Part shown: positions 11,626 through 26,116 of the stretch, one piece after another
How the letters are laid out: every line of letters begins with the position of its first letter
Numbering within the stretch: position 1 is the first letter of the stretch
NCBI RefSeq assembly: GCF_046119375.1
Contig: NW_027362764.1
Location: 664,144,001-664,208,000, forward strand
Direction of reading: 5' to 3'
DNA from: Phyllobates terribilis
Lineage: Eukaryota
DNA length: 64,000 nucleotides
Notes under the pieces: generated by a model
What the model was told of the DNA's origin: nothing
The model's input: the letters and a program-made list of their open reading frames with translations, nothing else
Databases searched by the model: none
Translations under genes and position numbers: made by a program

Positions 11626-12239
11626 TCAATGACAACTTGTTTTAACCAAAGGACCCCTTTACTGCAAACTACCGTAATTGTACATCCCAGTTATAGCATG
11701 CACACAGTAGATGTGCCGGAGCCGCCTGTGATTTACAGCAGACGCTCCACTATAACGGGGATATTGGCTATCAGGTATTTGCATAAAGCTGTAGGGTGGG
11801 CCCTGAGGATCAATTCCTCCTGTGGGCCCCAGACACCCCAGTCCAACACTGGTTACAGCTCTCCATAGAACCTTATAAGCAGCAAGTGTCATCTCCTATC
11901 TCAGTAATGGGAAAATCTGTTTTCACTGAAGACAAATCTTACCTGTGAATAGAGATGAGCGGTGTTCGACTAGAACTGTTCGCCAATCTCAAATTCGAGC
12001 TGTTTTGGGCGGTGTTCGAGTTGTTCGACGAACCCGAACGATTTGCAAAAAATTCGGCTGTTCGAGGTTATGTTCGTTAACTGTTCGTGCACCAAAAGCG
12101 TGTCCTGCATGTCTGGCGCTATTTAGAGCACCAATCATGCAGGGATTGTCTGCCACTCACTGTAATGCCACAGCCATGGTGGTTGTGGCATTACAGTGGT
12201 TGCCCAAATCGATGGGAACAGTGCCAACAGTGAAACATG

Positions 12240-12795
12240 AAAAGCCGGCAATTCAGCAGCGGCCTTCCCCCTTTACCCGACAATTTAGAACCGAAAGAAT
12301 AGGGCATCACACATAGATTAGATAGATAGAAACATGTCAGCCACATATATACGAAGTACAGTGAAAGTGTTGCTTACTGTACTTGTCATTTAGTGTAAAG
12401 GATTTATCAAAAAAAATAATAGTGTTTTCATGCACCTTCTCTTTAAAAAAGCCGGCCGGCAATTCAGCATCTGTACCCGACAATTTATAACAGACAGAAT
12501 AGAGCTTCACACATAGATTAGATAGATAGAAACATGTCAGCCACATATATACGAAGTACAGTGATAGTGTTGCTTACTGTACTTGTCATTTAGCGTAAAG
12601 GATTTATCAAAAAAAATAATAGTGTTTTCATGCACTGTCTCTTTAAAAAAGCCGGCCGGCAATTCAGCAGCGGTACCCGACAATTTATAACAGACAGAAT
12701 AGAGCTTCACACATAGATTAGATAGATAGAAACATGTCAGTCACATATATATGAAGTACAGTGATAGTGTTGGTTACTGTACTTGTCATTTAGTA
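12240..12795 (+). repeat. 200-bp tandem repeat, mirrored in inverted orientation at 17230-17790
   Basis: CGACAATTTA at 12278, 12478 and 12678; reverse-complement copies (TAAATTGTCGGGTAC) at about 17334, 17534 and 17734. Confidence 0.9.
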
Positions 12796-14404
12796 TTAAA
12801 ATAAAGGATTTATTATTAAAAAAATTGGCGTGGGGTTCCCCTTAATTTTAGGCTCTAGCGGAGGTTAAGCAGACGGCTGGGGCAGATGTTTGAAGCCTGG
12901 GAAGGGGGTAATACCCACGGAGCTTCCCAGGCTACTAATATCAGCCCCCAGCTGAATACATAGCCTTTACTAGCTATTAAAATGGGGGACACCCCAAAAA
13001 AAATGACGTGGGGTCCCCCCTAATTTAATAGCTAGCAAAGGCTAGGCAGACAGCTGGGGGCTGATATTAATAGCCCAGGAAGGGAGCCATGAATATTGGC
13101 CCCCTCCCAGGCTAGAAACACCAGCCGTCAGCCGCCCCAGAAATGGCGCATTCATAGGATGCGCCAATTCTGGCACTTAGCCTCGCTCTTCCACGCTGCC
13201 CTGGTGCGGTGGCAGGGGGTAATAGGGTTGGGGTTGATGTCAGCTTATAATGCCAGCTGACATCAAGCCCAGGTTAGTAATGGAGAGGCGTCTATAAGAC
13301 ACCCCCATTACTAACCCCATAGTCAAAGTTAAAAAAAACACAAACACCCAGAATAAAGTCCTTTAATTGAAATAAAGACACAATCCTTTATTGTTCTAAA
13401 TTAAACCATACTTACTGTCACGCCCATTCCAGCTGAAGCCAACGATCTCCTGCAATAAAAGAAAAATAATAAAGCAACCTCATCCTTACCTTTCCATGGT
13501 TCCCACGACAGCTTCAGCTCTGCTACATCGAGATGACAGGCTGGACCGCAGCAGAACGCCGCCATCCAGCCTGTCATCCCGCAGACACTGAGAAGCGCAG
13601 GCTTGCTTGCGCTGCTCAGCGTCTCTCTGTGACGACATCCAGATGAGCCGAGTTCATGTCCAATGAACTCGGCTCACCTCATGCACGTCACTGACAGCGT
13701 GGGAAAATTCTCACGCTGAAGCGGTGAGTGCAGGAGAATTCTCCCACGCTGTCAGTGACGTGCATAAGGTGAGCTCATGTCCAATGAACTCAGCTCACCT
13801 CCTGCACTTCACTGACAGCGTGGGAGAATTCTCCTGCACTCAGCGCTTCAGCGTGAGAATTCTCCCACGCTGAAGCGCTGAGTGCAGGAGAATTTTCCCA
13901 CGCTGTCAGTGACGTGCATAAGGTGAGCTCATGTCCAATGAACTCAGCTCACCTCCTGCACGTCACTGACAGCGTGGGAGAATTCTCCTGCACTCAGCGC
14001 TTCAGTGTGAGAATTCTCCCACGCTGAAGCGCTGAGTGCAGGAGAATTTTCCCACGCTGTCAGTGACGTGCATGAGGTGAGCCGAGTTCATTGGACATTA
14101 ACTCGGCTCATCTGGATGCCCTCACAGAGAGACACTGTGGAGCGCAAGCAAGCCTGCGCTTCTCAGTGTCTGCGGGATGAGAGGCTGGATGGCAGCGTTC
14201 TGCTGCGGTCCAGCCTGTCATCTCGATGTAGCAGAGCTGAAGCTGTCATGGGAACCATGGAAAGGTAAGGATGATGTTGCTTTATTATTTTTCTTTTATT
14301 TCAGGAGATCGTTGGCTTCAGCTGGAATGGGCGTGATGGTAAGTATGGTTTAATTTAGAACAATAAAGAATTGTGTGTTTATTTCAATTAAAGGACTTTT
14401 TTCT

Positions 14405-15800
14405 GGGTGTTGTGTTTTTTTTAAATACTTTACTAGAAATTCATGGTGGTCATGTCTAATATTGGCGTGACCCCATGAATTTCGGGCTTAGGGCCAGCTG
14501 ATAATGCCAAGCTGGCCCTAACCCCTTTATTACCCAGTGAGCCACCGCACCAGGGCCCTGGATGAGTTGGGTACAGCGCCAGAAGATGGCGCTTCTATGA
14601 ACGCGCCATTTTCCGGGGTGGCTGCGGACTGCAATTTGTAGCGGGGGGGGGCCCAGAAAGCTTGGGCCTCCCTGCGCTGCAGATTCCAGCCCCCAGCTGC
14701 CTAGTTGTACCTGGCTGGACACAAAAATAGGGCGAAGCCCCACGTACTTTTTTTTTAATTATTTCATGAATTTCATGAAATAATTAAGAAAAAAAGGCCT
14801 TCCCTATATTGTTGTGTCCGGCCAGGTACAAATAGGCAGCTGGTGGTTGGGGGCAGCCCGTTCCTGCCTGCTGTACCTGGCTGGACACAAATATAGTGCG
14901 AAGCCCCACGTCAATTTTTTTTAAATTATTTCATGAATTTCCTGAAATAATTTAAAAAAATTGAAGTGGGGCTTCGCACTATATTTGTGTCCAGCCAGGT
15001 ACAGCAGGCAGGAACGGGCTGCCCCCATCCACCAGCTGCCTATTTGTACCTGGCCGGACACAACAATATAGGGAAGCCCTTTTTTTCTTAATTATTTCAT
15101 GAATTTCATGAAATAATTAAAAAAAATTGAAGTGGGGCTTCGCACTATATTTGTGTCCAGCCAGGTACAGCAGGCAGGAACGGGCTGCCCCCAACCACCA
15201 GCTGCCTATTTGTACCTGGCCGGACACAACAATATAGGGAAGGCCTTTTTTTCTTAATTATTTCATGAAATTCATGAAATAATTAAAAAAAATTGAAGTG
15301 GGGCTTCGCACTATATTTGTGTCCAGCCAGGTACAGCAGGCAGGAACGGGCTGCCCCCAACCACCAGCTGCCTATTTGTACCTGGCCGGACACAACAATA
15401 TAGGGAAGGCCTTTTTTTCTTTATTATTTCATGAAATTCATGAAATAATTAAAAAAAAAGTACGTGGGGCTTCGCCCTATTTTTGTGTCCAGCCAGGTAC
15501 AACTAGGCAGCTGGGGGCTGGAATCTGCAGCGCAGGGAGGCCCAAGCTTTCTGGGCCCCCCCCCGCTACAAATTGCAGTCTGCAGCCACCCCGGAAAATG
15601 GCGCGTTCATAGAAGCGCCATCTTCTGGCGCTGTACCCAACTCATCCAGGGCCCTGGTGCGGTGGCTCACTGGGTAATAAAGGGGTTAGGGCCAGCTTGG
15701 TATTATCAGCTGGCCCCAAGCCCAAAATTCATGGGGTCACGCCAGTATTAGACATGACCGCCATGAATTTCTAGTAAAGTATTTAAAAAAAAACACAACA
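14405..15800. repeat. Central palindrome with 166-bp units joined by perfect TAATTATTTCATGAA/TTCATGAAATAATTA hairpins
   Basis: AAGTGGGGCTTCG at 14964, 15130 and 15296, with an inverted unit at 14750-14940. The outer arms 14405-14750 and 15460-15800 are reverse complements. Confidence 0.9.
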
Positions 15801-18011
15801 CCCAGAATAAAGTCCTTTAATTGAAATAAAGACACAATTCTTTATTGTTCTAAATTAAACCATACTTACCATCACACCCATTCCAGCTGAAGCCAACGAT
15901 CTCCTGCAATAAAAGAAAAATAATAAACCAACCTCATCCTTACCTTTCCATGGTTCCCACGACAGCTTCAGCTCTGCTACATCGAGATGACTGGCTGGAC
16001 CGCAGCAGAACGCTGCCATCCAGCCTGTCATGCCGCAGACACTGAGAAGCGCAGGCTTGCTTGCGCTCCTCACTGTCTCGCTGTGACGGCATCCAGATGA
16101 GCCGAGGTCATGTCCAATGAACTCGGCTCACCTCATGCACGTCACTGACAGCGTGGGAAAATTCTCACGCTGAAGTGCTGAGTGCAGGAGAATTCTCCCA
16201 CGCTGTCAGTGATGTGCATGAGGTGAGCTCATGTCCAATGAACTCAGCTCACCTCCTGCACGTCACTGACAGCGTGGGAAAATTCTCCTGCAATCAGCGC
16301 TTCAGCGTGAGAATTTTCCCACGCTGTCAGTGACGTGCATGAGGTGAGCCGAGTTCATTGGACATGAACTCGGCTCATCTGGATGTCGTCACAGAGAGAC
16401 GCTGAGCAGCGCAAGCAAGCCTGCGCTTCTCAGTGTCTGCGGGATGACAGGCTGGATGGCGGCGTTCTGCTGCGGTCCAGCCTGTCATCTCGATGTAGCA
16501 GAGCTGAAGCTGTCGTGGGAACCATGGAAAGGTAAGGATGAGGTTGCTTTATTATTTTTCTTTTATTGCAGGAGATCGTTGGCTTCAGCTGGAATGGGCG
16601 TGATGGTAGGTATGGTTTAATTTAGAACAATAAAGGATTGTGTCTTTATTTCAATTAAAGGACTTTATTCTGGGTGTTTGTGTTTTTTTTAACTTTGACT
16701 ATGGGGTTAGTAATGGGGGTGTCTTATAGACGCCTCTCCATTACTAACCTGGGCTTGATGTCAGCTGGCATTATAAGCTGACATCAACCCCAACCCTATT
16801 ACCCCCTGCCACCGCACCAGGGCAGCGTGGAAGAGCGAGGCTAAGTGCCAGAATTGGCGCATCCTATGAATGCGCCATTTCTGGGGCGGCTGACGGCTGG
16901 TGTTTCTAGCCTGGGAGGGGGCCAATATTCATGGCTCCCTTCCTGGGCTATTAATATCAGCCCCCAGCTGTCTGCCTAGCCTTTGCTAGCTATTAAATTA
17001 GGGGGGACCCCACGTCATTTTTTTTGGGGGGTCCCCCATTTTAATAGCTAGTAAAGGCTATGTATTCAGCTGGGGGCTGATATTAGTAGCCTGGGAAGCT
17101 CCGTGGGTATTACCCCCTTCCCAGGCTTCAAACATCTGCCCCAGCCGTCTGCTTAACCTCCGCTAGAGCCTAACATTAAGGGGAACCCCACGCCAATTTT
17201 TTTAATAATAAATCCTTTATTTTAATACTAAATGACAAGTACAGTAACCAACACTATCACTGTACTTCATATATATGTGACTGACATGTTTCTATCTATC
17301 TAATCTATGTGTGATGCTCTATCTTTCTGTTCTAAATTGTCGGGTACCGCTGCTGAATTGCCGGCCGGCTTTTTTAAAGAGACAGTGCATGAAAACACTA
17401 TTATTTTTTAAAATAAATCCTTTACACTAAATGACAAGTACAGTAAGCAACACTATCACTGTACTTATTATATATGTGACTGACATGTTTCTATCTATCT
17501 AATCTATGTGTGAAGCTCTATTCTTTCTGTTCTAAATTGTCGGGTACAGATGCTGAATTGCCGGCCGGCTTTTTTAAAGAGACGGTGCATGAAAACACTA
17601 ATATTTTTTTTAATAAATCCTTTACACTAAATGACAAATGCAGTAACCAACACTGTCACTGTGCTTCTTATATGTGTGACTGACATGTTTCTATCTATCT
17701 AATCTATGTGTGATGCTCTATTCCTTCTTGTCTAAATTGTCGGGTACCGGTGTATGCCGCTGCTGAATTTGCCGGCCGGCTTTTTTAAACAGAGTGTCTT
17801 CTGAGCAGTTTGTCAGCTTTTGGACACCTTTGCAGGTGTTTTCTATGTGTTTCTATGTGTTTTTGTTTGCCTGCCATTGGTTTTAACGGTGTTCGACGGT
17901 GTTCTAAGGTGTTCGACGAACAGTTCGACGAACAGTTCCTCGAACATCCCGGTGTTCGACGAACCGAACCGAACCCGAACACTACGGGGGTGGCTCAACA
18001 CTACCTGTGAA

Positions 18012-18455
18012 TTAATGAGTTGTTCACTACTTGGACAACCCATTTCCAATCATTACATTTCCCCCAAGTAAGATAATAATAGCAGCTTTACTCACCCTTG
18101 GTGCGGGCATCATCCAGCAGTTTCGGCACAGGCTCTTCCGGGGCTTGCGTGACTTTGTTATGTCATGCAATCCCTGCAGCCAGTCAGCAGCCATTTGACT
18201 TTCTTCTCCTACGGACTTAACTGACATCCGGAGTAAGTCACAGCTGTGGCTGCTCTCTCACTTCCTCCAGATCAACTGATTTGTCCGAAGGAGGGGAGAG
18301 TAAAGCAGCCACTGATTGGCTGCAGGGATCGCATTACATCACGGGGGAGCCAGTGCTCTTTCCTGCACTGGAGGTGAATATAGCTGCTATTATTTTACTT
18401 GGGGGAAACAAAGTGATTGAGAAGGGGTTGTCAGAGTAGTGGACAATCCCTTTAA
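18012..18455. mobile_element. TTAA-flanked palindromic MITE (Kolobok/T2-like)
   Basis: TTAA at both ends; inverted arms CACTACTTGGACAACCC...CCCCAAGTAAGATAATAATAGCAGCT / AGCTGCTATTATTTTACTTGGGGG...GTAGTGGACAATCCCTTTAA. Confidence 0.7.
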
Positions 18456-19866
18456 GAATTTTGAGAGAGAAAGATCAGTCCAGGAGGAGAAAAAATCCGG
18501 ATTTCCCTAATCAGATACATATAAAAAAAATCTTATTTTCATATGTAAAATTGATTTATGAAAATAAATAAAATAAATGTTTACTCTTTAAATGTGAAAG
18601 GTTGGGGTATTGCAGTGTTGGTAAATTTGGAAATTGCCTCTCGAGTTATTAGTCTTGCACCTTGAAGCCATTATGTATTACATTTTAAGTATAAATATTG
18701 CATAATTTGTAACCAGTCTTGGTTTCCTTTTCAACCCGAGCTCCAGCAGCTTCCTGCACCAAATAGAAGTGTTCAACTCCGGGCACAGTTCACACTGGAC
18801 AGGCTGTAGTTTCCACACGGTACTCTGCAGCTCCAACACATAGACTGCTCAGCTTTCCTAGCTGACCCATGCAGCCTCCATTCAGAGAGAGACCCTGGCA
18901 TGTCTCTCTCCTAGCTATAGCTCACATTTTGGCTTGTCACTCACCAGCAGCACACTCGACTCTGCTTCATTCAGCAGACTGACACACCTCTACTGAACAC
19001 AAGCCCTGGTTCTTAGTCAAAGCAAATCAGGTGCATCTAATCAAGATCTGCAGTGCTAGGATTCAACACAGTTCTACCTGGTTTTGCTACACTGTATTCT
19101 TGCAATGTTTCCAGTGATTAGCGACTATTGGCCTAGTGCATTCATTTCCTCCAATTTGACACTGGTGATTCATTTGTACTGATTGTCTAGTGAATCTTAT
19201 TAGTTATTTGATTCTCAGTAAAGGTTACATTACACATATCTTTGTATATCAGGGCAACCCCTTATTTCTTGTCATATGTCTTCTAGATAGCATCACTTCT
19301 TCTACATTCACCTAACTTGTAACGATTAGCATTTTCTAGTTTTCACATGGGATTTTGTGTTTCTATACAGCAATTTCTTATCTGTTCCCCAAGTTTCAAA
19401 TGTGATGTCTTACTAGCATTTAATTAGCAATGTACCAATTAAGATTACTTATCATCCATAGTGCTCATGCACACGGCAGAGGCCCTAGCACAGAGTTTGT
19501 ACATCAGGGAGATAGAAATGGTGATTGATGAATCTGATGGGAAAAGTTTCTGTGTCTTTGTATGAAATGGGAGGAAAAGGGAGAGAAAGTCAAGGCATTT
19601 TTGGAAGCCTAATTATAGCTTCATACAGAAATGAGTATGTATGTAGCCACATGGATGAACCCTAAGTATAATGTTGGTCTTTCAGTGTTCATTTAACATA
19701 AGCTTTCATCCTCACATAAATATCCGTACACTGTTCCTTATAGGATGGCAGTAAAGGGGATACATGTAGGCCAGAGCATTCGCTATTGCAAACAAGAAAA
19801 TGATTTAGATTTGAGAGTCCTCAGTGGTTGATACCTTTTAATGGCTAACTGAATAGATTGTAACAA

Positions 19867-19907
19867 ATTGCAAGCTTTCAAGGCTACTCAGACCTCTTCA
19901 TCAGGCA
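19867..19907 (-). ncRNA. Minimal hammerhead-ribozyme-like motif in the Penelope terminal repeat
   Basis: Minus strand reads TGC-CTGATGA-A-GAGGT ctgagta GCCTT-GAAA-GCTT-GCA: catalytic boxes, 5-bp stem II, palindromic AAGCTT stem III, 3-bp stem I. Confidence 0.55.
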
Positions 19908-20428
19908 TAGTATAACACAAAATGTGAAGAGTCACATATTTATACACAGCAAGACACAGAAATAATGCAATACATGAGACAATTGATGTAAAGCAGAAGT
20001 TTTACTATGGGAGAGGGATAAACAGTTGTGGCCATAAGTATTGGAATAGTTCATAGATAAGGATTGTAAAATTGTTATTATCCTGTGATTAAAGTCTGGT
20101 CCAAGGCTGTGATGCCCCCACAGGTCTGAGGAGTACATTCCTTAGTTGATGTAGAATGACATAAATCCATGTGACACATTCATTCCTGCACTGAAGGTGT
20201 CAAAGGTCATCATGAATTTATATTCCCAAACTTTTTGGTCTCTCTAAGATTTGAAATGATGCTTTAATACCAGTAATTTCATGTCCTTGATGCTGTGATC
20301 AGGGATACAAAAATGTTTTGCCACAGGTAGATTTATTCTTTTTTCCTTGTCTCCCCTACATATAGACCCCCTGCTAGACATTTGGTACATATAATTAAGT
20401 ATACCACATTAGATGTGATGCAGATAAA

Positions 20429-20690
20429 AATAATAATAATCTTTATTTTTATATAGCGCCAACATATTCTGCAGCGCTTTACAGACATTATGATCGCTGT
20501 TCCCATTGGGGCTCACAATCTAAGTTCCCTATCAGTATGTCTTTGGAGTGTGGGAGGAAACCGAAGAACCCGGAGGAAACCCACGCAAACACGGGGAGAA
20601 CATACAAACTCCTTTCAGATGTTGTCCTTGGTGGGATTTGAACCCAGGACCCCAGTGCTGCAAGTGCAGTGCTAACCACTGAGCCACCAT
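20429..20690 (-). mobile_element. tRNA-headed V-SINE-like element
   Basis: A box TGGCTCAGTGG, B box GGTTCAAATCC, V-domain GTTTGTATGTTCTCCCCGTGTTTGCGTGGG, and an L2-type tail GCGCTATATAAAAATAAAG(ATT)n. Confidence 0.9.
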
Positions 20691-21175
20691 GATCAAAGCA
20701 CCTGGGATCTTGTAGTCGTGATGTGAGCTGGGAATCTTTACCTTGTCCATGGTCATTATAAATGGACAGGTTTTACACTTTTTCTGGTTGCAAGAAAACG
20801 TTCCTGTGTCTGGTGGAGATGACAGGGAGCTTCTGGAAATGATGCTTCTTAGATTTGGGGGCTGCCTGAAACACAGATGTTGGGGGGTTTGGAAATATGG
20901 ATTTTAATCGGGCATCTTTTTGTAGTTAAAGTTGTAAAGGATTTTGGGAAGCATATAGAATGTCCCTATTCTTGGACTCTCTTGTATCAGGTCATCGGCT
21001 CTTATGGATTTGTCAGGCAGCCAAGATGCCAACTTGTTTACAGTAGTTCCTTGTAATAGTCCTGTGTAGGGTCAGACTCTAATTTTTTGTAGTAGCGTGT
21101 GTCCATCAGTTGTCTGTTTTCTTCCATTATGTAGTTGTCGCGCCCCTGGGGACCTTACTGTTTGGGGACAGTATA

Positions 21176-22810
<1,635 letters not shown>

Positions 22811-24072
22811 TATATATATCACGGTGGCTGGCCCAGGGCGGACAGTGCACAAAAGGGGTAGCGATTACTAATAAAGTTCAGAGAAATTTGTGACGCCACC
22901 TGTGGTGTCTGGTGAAGGTCACCAGTGCTGCAGCAGTCCTCTGAGGCAGGTGACAAGGCAGCTAAAGATGGTACAGCTCCCCACAGGTGGAGTGGGCCTC
23001 AGGGCAGTGTAGATAGATAGATGGTGGGTGCGCTGGGCGTTGTTGTGCAGGTAGAGAACGCAGCAGGAGTAACGGACAGAGACAGGGGGTTTTGCTCCAT
23101 TACCTTTACTGGTACAGCTGGTAGATACGGTGCAGGGTACTCTAGGTGAAAGGCGCACTTTTGGACTTCTCCCCAGGGAGCGGGTATAAGGCCTCCTGAT
23201 CTGTGTCTGCCTCTGTGTAAGCTCCTGACCTGCCTGGAGCTAGGCCTGGCTTCTATGCTAGATCTCTCCTTCACCTGCTGACTTGGTAGTAGCACATTCT
23301 TTTGGCAATCACTCTCCCTGGACGCTGGGGCCTTCGTGATTCCTAGTCCTGTATATGAGTTCAGCTTGGTGTTCCTGGGACCTGTAGTTCTCCAGGGGTT
23401 CCGGTTGTCCCTACTGGGTGTAAAGGGTCCCTGTAGGCTCGGACCCGGTGTCCGGTATATATATCGGGGTGAGCTTATTATGCTCCTCTGCCCCCTTTAT
23501 CACTCCTTCCTTCCTCTCGCCTTTGGCCATGCTCGGGGCCCTCACTAGGCTTCAGGGCTGCTGGAGGCCTAGCTTGCCTCACACAGCAGCCTGCGTGCTG
23601 CTACATCCTGAGCACACTCTAAACTCTCTGTCGTCTCACTGAGCTGCCTGGCTCCACCTTCCCTTTATATGTCCCTAACGGGCTGCCTCTGCTGGTCTGA
23701 GGTGAAAGATGGAGGTGTATGAATGTAGTCAGGGCCTCTTGTGGAGAAATCCATCCGTGCACCCTTCTGGGTTCTGTGGCACCGTGCGCAGCAGGGCGCC
23801 ACATAGTCTCATGCGTTCATCATCACCATTGCACCACCCTTGTCAGCAGGTTTAATGATGATTTCTCTGTTGGTTTTCAAAGATTGTATGGCCTGATGTT
23901 AGATGCTTGTCTCCTGTTTGTGTCTATGATGGTGGATTTTATCAAATGTCTGAAGGATTCTATATATTTATCCAAATGAGGGATGCGTCCAGGTGGAGGT
24001 GTCCAGTCTGACCTCTTCATGGTAGTCAAAATTCCTCTTCCTTCAGTTCGGGTGGGTTCTGAATCTTCTGTA

Positions 24073-24238
24073 TCATTATTATTATTATTTATTGTTATAG
24101 CACCATTTATTGCATGGCGCTTTACATGTGAAAAAGGGGTATACATACAAAAACAATTACAATAATCTTGAACAAAACATGACGGCGACTGGTACAGGAG
24201 GAGCAAGGACCCTGCCCGCGAGGGCTCACAGACTACCA
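24073..24238 (-). mobile_element. L2-type 3' tail fragment (LINE/SINE)
   Basis: (TTA)n tail plus TATAGCACC...GGCGCTTTAC and CCCTGCCCGCGAGGGCTCACA, inserted into the Penelope ORF. Confidence 0.7.
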
Positions 24239-24674
24239 AACTGTACAAGACTCATTTCAGGAGACTGCGCCTGAAATAATTTTCCATATCAATGCAGAGT
24301 TTAGTTTTATCTTGGGGCTTAGAAGGACAAAATGAGAGTCCTCTAGAAAGCATGACCAACTCCACTTTGTTGGGTTTAAAATTCTGAGAGATTGATGACA
24401 CAGTTAGATGCTTTTGTGTCTGGAATGTATAAGTTGTCCAAGTTGTCAGGTTTTGGATTTGTTTTGTAACTGTTTGTATAGAGTCCTGAATTGAGGCGCA
24501 ATCTATATAGTTCCTTTTCCTTGTTATGAATCAGAAGAGTCAGTAGTTTGTTGTAGTATTGTTGTAATTTTTGCTCTATGTTCTCTGTAAGTGTTTTCCT
24601 CCGAGTTTCAAATTGCCCTTGCCATTGCAAACAATAATCTTGCTGGAAGACAATCAGGTGCATGGAGATGCATG

Positions 24675-25899
24675 TGACGCCCCCCTCGGCCATGGGGTAC
24701 TCGGTGCCAGGCCGGCCGTTGCTAGGGGAGATGTCACAGTGGCGGTGACCCAGGACAGTCAATCCAAAAGGGGGATATTTACAGGTGATTTATAGTTTTT
24801 TATATACAGTTCGTGACGCCACCTGTGGTATGCGGCTATTTGGAGCCGCCTCTGCGGAGCAGGTCCTCTGGAGCTGGTGTGAATACAGCAGAGTTGGTTC
24901 AGCTCCCCGCAGGTAGAGCTTAGCTCCAAAGCAGTGTAGATGTTGCTGTTATGAAGTAGCACTAGGGGTGCAGTGTAGTGCAGGGATTGAAGGCGCAGCA
25001 GCAATAACTGACAGAGACGGTGAGGTGCAGTCTTCAGGGTTTTACTCACGATTTTCAGACCCCAAGTTACCGGGGCCAGGGTAACTTCCCACGTCATCCT
25101 GTGCTTACTCAGGGAGGGGTTCAGCCAACTCTCAGGTACCTCCAGAGTACATAGCAGGACCCCCTTCTGTGTATTCCTTCTGGCTGTCTCCCTGCACCTC
25201 ACACCTAGTGTCCCAATCCAGTGCTTGCGGACCTTGTCGGGCGACGTCTTCTCTGTCTCCGTCGGGCGACGTCTTCTCTGTCCCCTGGATCCTCTATGGC
25301 TACCTTCTTGGTGAGACAGATGTGGATTGTGGCTGCAGTACCTGAAATACTGCAGCTTCCGGTTTCCTTGTTGAGACTTGAGGAACTCTGCTAGTTTAGG
25401 GACCGGTCCCCTCTGTGCGACCTGACCCCTCCTCCGCCTGGCAGATTCGGGCGTACGGGTGGCCTCCAGCACTACCCGTACCCCTGGGGTCCCTTCCTCA
25501 TTCCTGGAGCCTTTCTCCTGCTCCTCTCCTCCTCAGTCTGTCCTGGCCACTCTTTAGGCCCTCCTCCTGAGCAGAGCTCCTACAGAGCTCCTACTGCCAA
25601 CTCTTCCTCTCACTGAAGAACCCTTCTAGATTGTTCCACCCTCCTTTATATCACTTCTCTCAATGCTCTCCTGATTTACTTCCTCCACCAACACCCACTA
25701 CATGGTTCCCCCCACTCCAACCAGGGACAGGGCTCAGCAGGAAGCACAACGCATCTTGCCCCTCCTGCTGGAGTAGTGTAGTGTTGGATACAGGTGTTAG
25801 GGTCCGGGGCTGTACTCCTTCCTTACCTGAGAGTGAGATACCACACCTCTGGGTGATATGCAGTACCTCTGTGGTGACTGAACCCGCAGGGGCGCCACA
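24675..25899 (-). mobile_element. Solo LTR D
   Basis: TGACGCCCCC...GGGGCGCCACA with 4-bp TSD CATG at 24671-24674 and 25900-25903. Confidence 0.92.
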
Positions 25900-26116
25900 C
25901 ATGCCCTTGTGGTGTCCACTGCCAGGGATCATCACCAAATCCAATGTAGCATGAAAAGTCCAAAGCCAACACAAACAAACACAACTCCAAATAGTTTCTT
26001 GGAACTTCAATGTCACCAGGACAAAAGTTAGCATCATTTAAGACAAAAATGTCCTCTTTGAAGCTGACAATGGATGTGGGGGTAAGAAGACCACATCTGG
26101 GGCCTCTAGTCCATTA

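Larger units (their letters stand above)
11950..18003. mobile_element. Non-autonomous hAT element with nested palindromic interior (6054 bp)
   Basis: TIRs TAGAGATGAGC / GCTCAACACTA. Perfect 8-bp TSD CCTGTGAA at 11942-11949 and 18004-18011. GTTCGA subterminal arrays. Both ends match the autonomous hAT ends at 36700 and 47491. Confidence 0.96.

Noticed and set aside
14456-15751. Duplicated 95-aa ORFs MGLRPIFVSSQV on opposite strands
   Set aside because: They are a by-product of the palindrome arms, start at GTG, and have no domain motifs.
18700-19260. Possible LTR or DIRS remnant
   Set aside because: The composition is suggestive, but I could not find terminal motifs, a TSD or a second copy in the window.
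20630-20690. tRNA genes at SINE heads (also near 63180-63240 and 63540)
   Set aside because: A and B boxes are present, but they run into SINE body and tail sequence with no complete cloverleaf.
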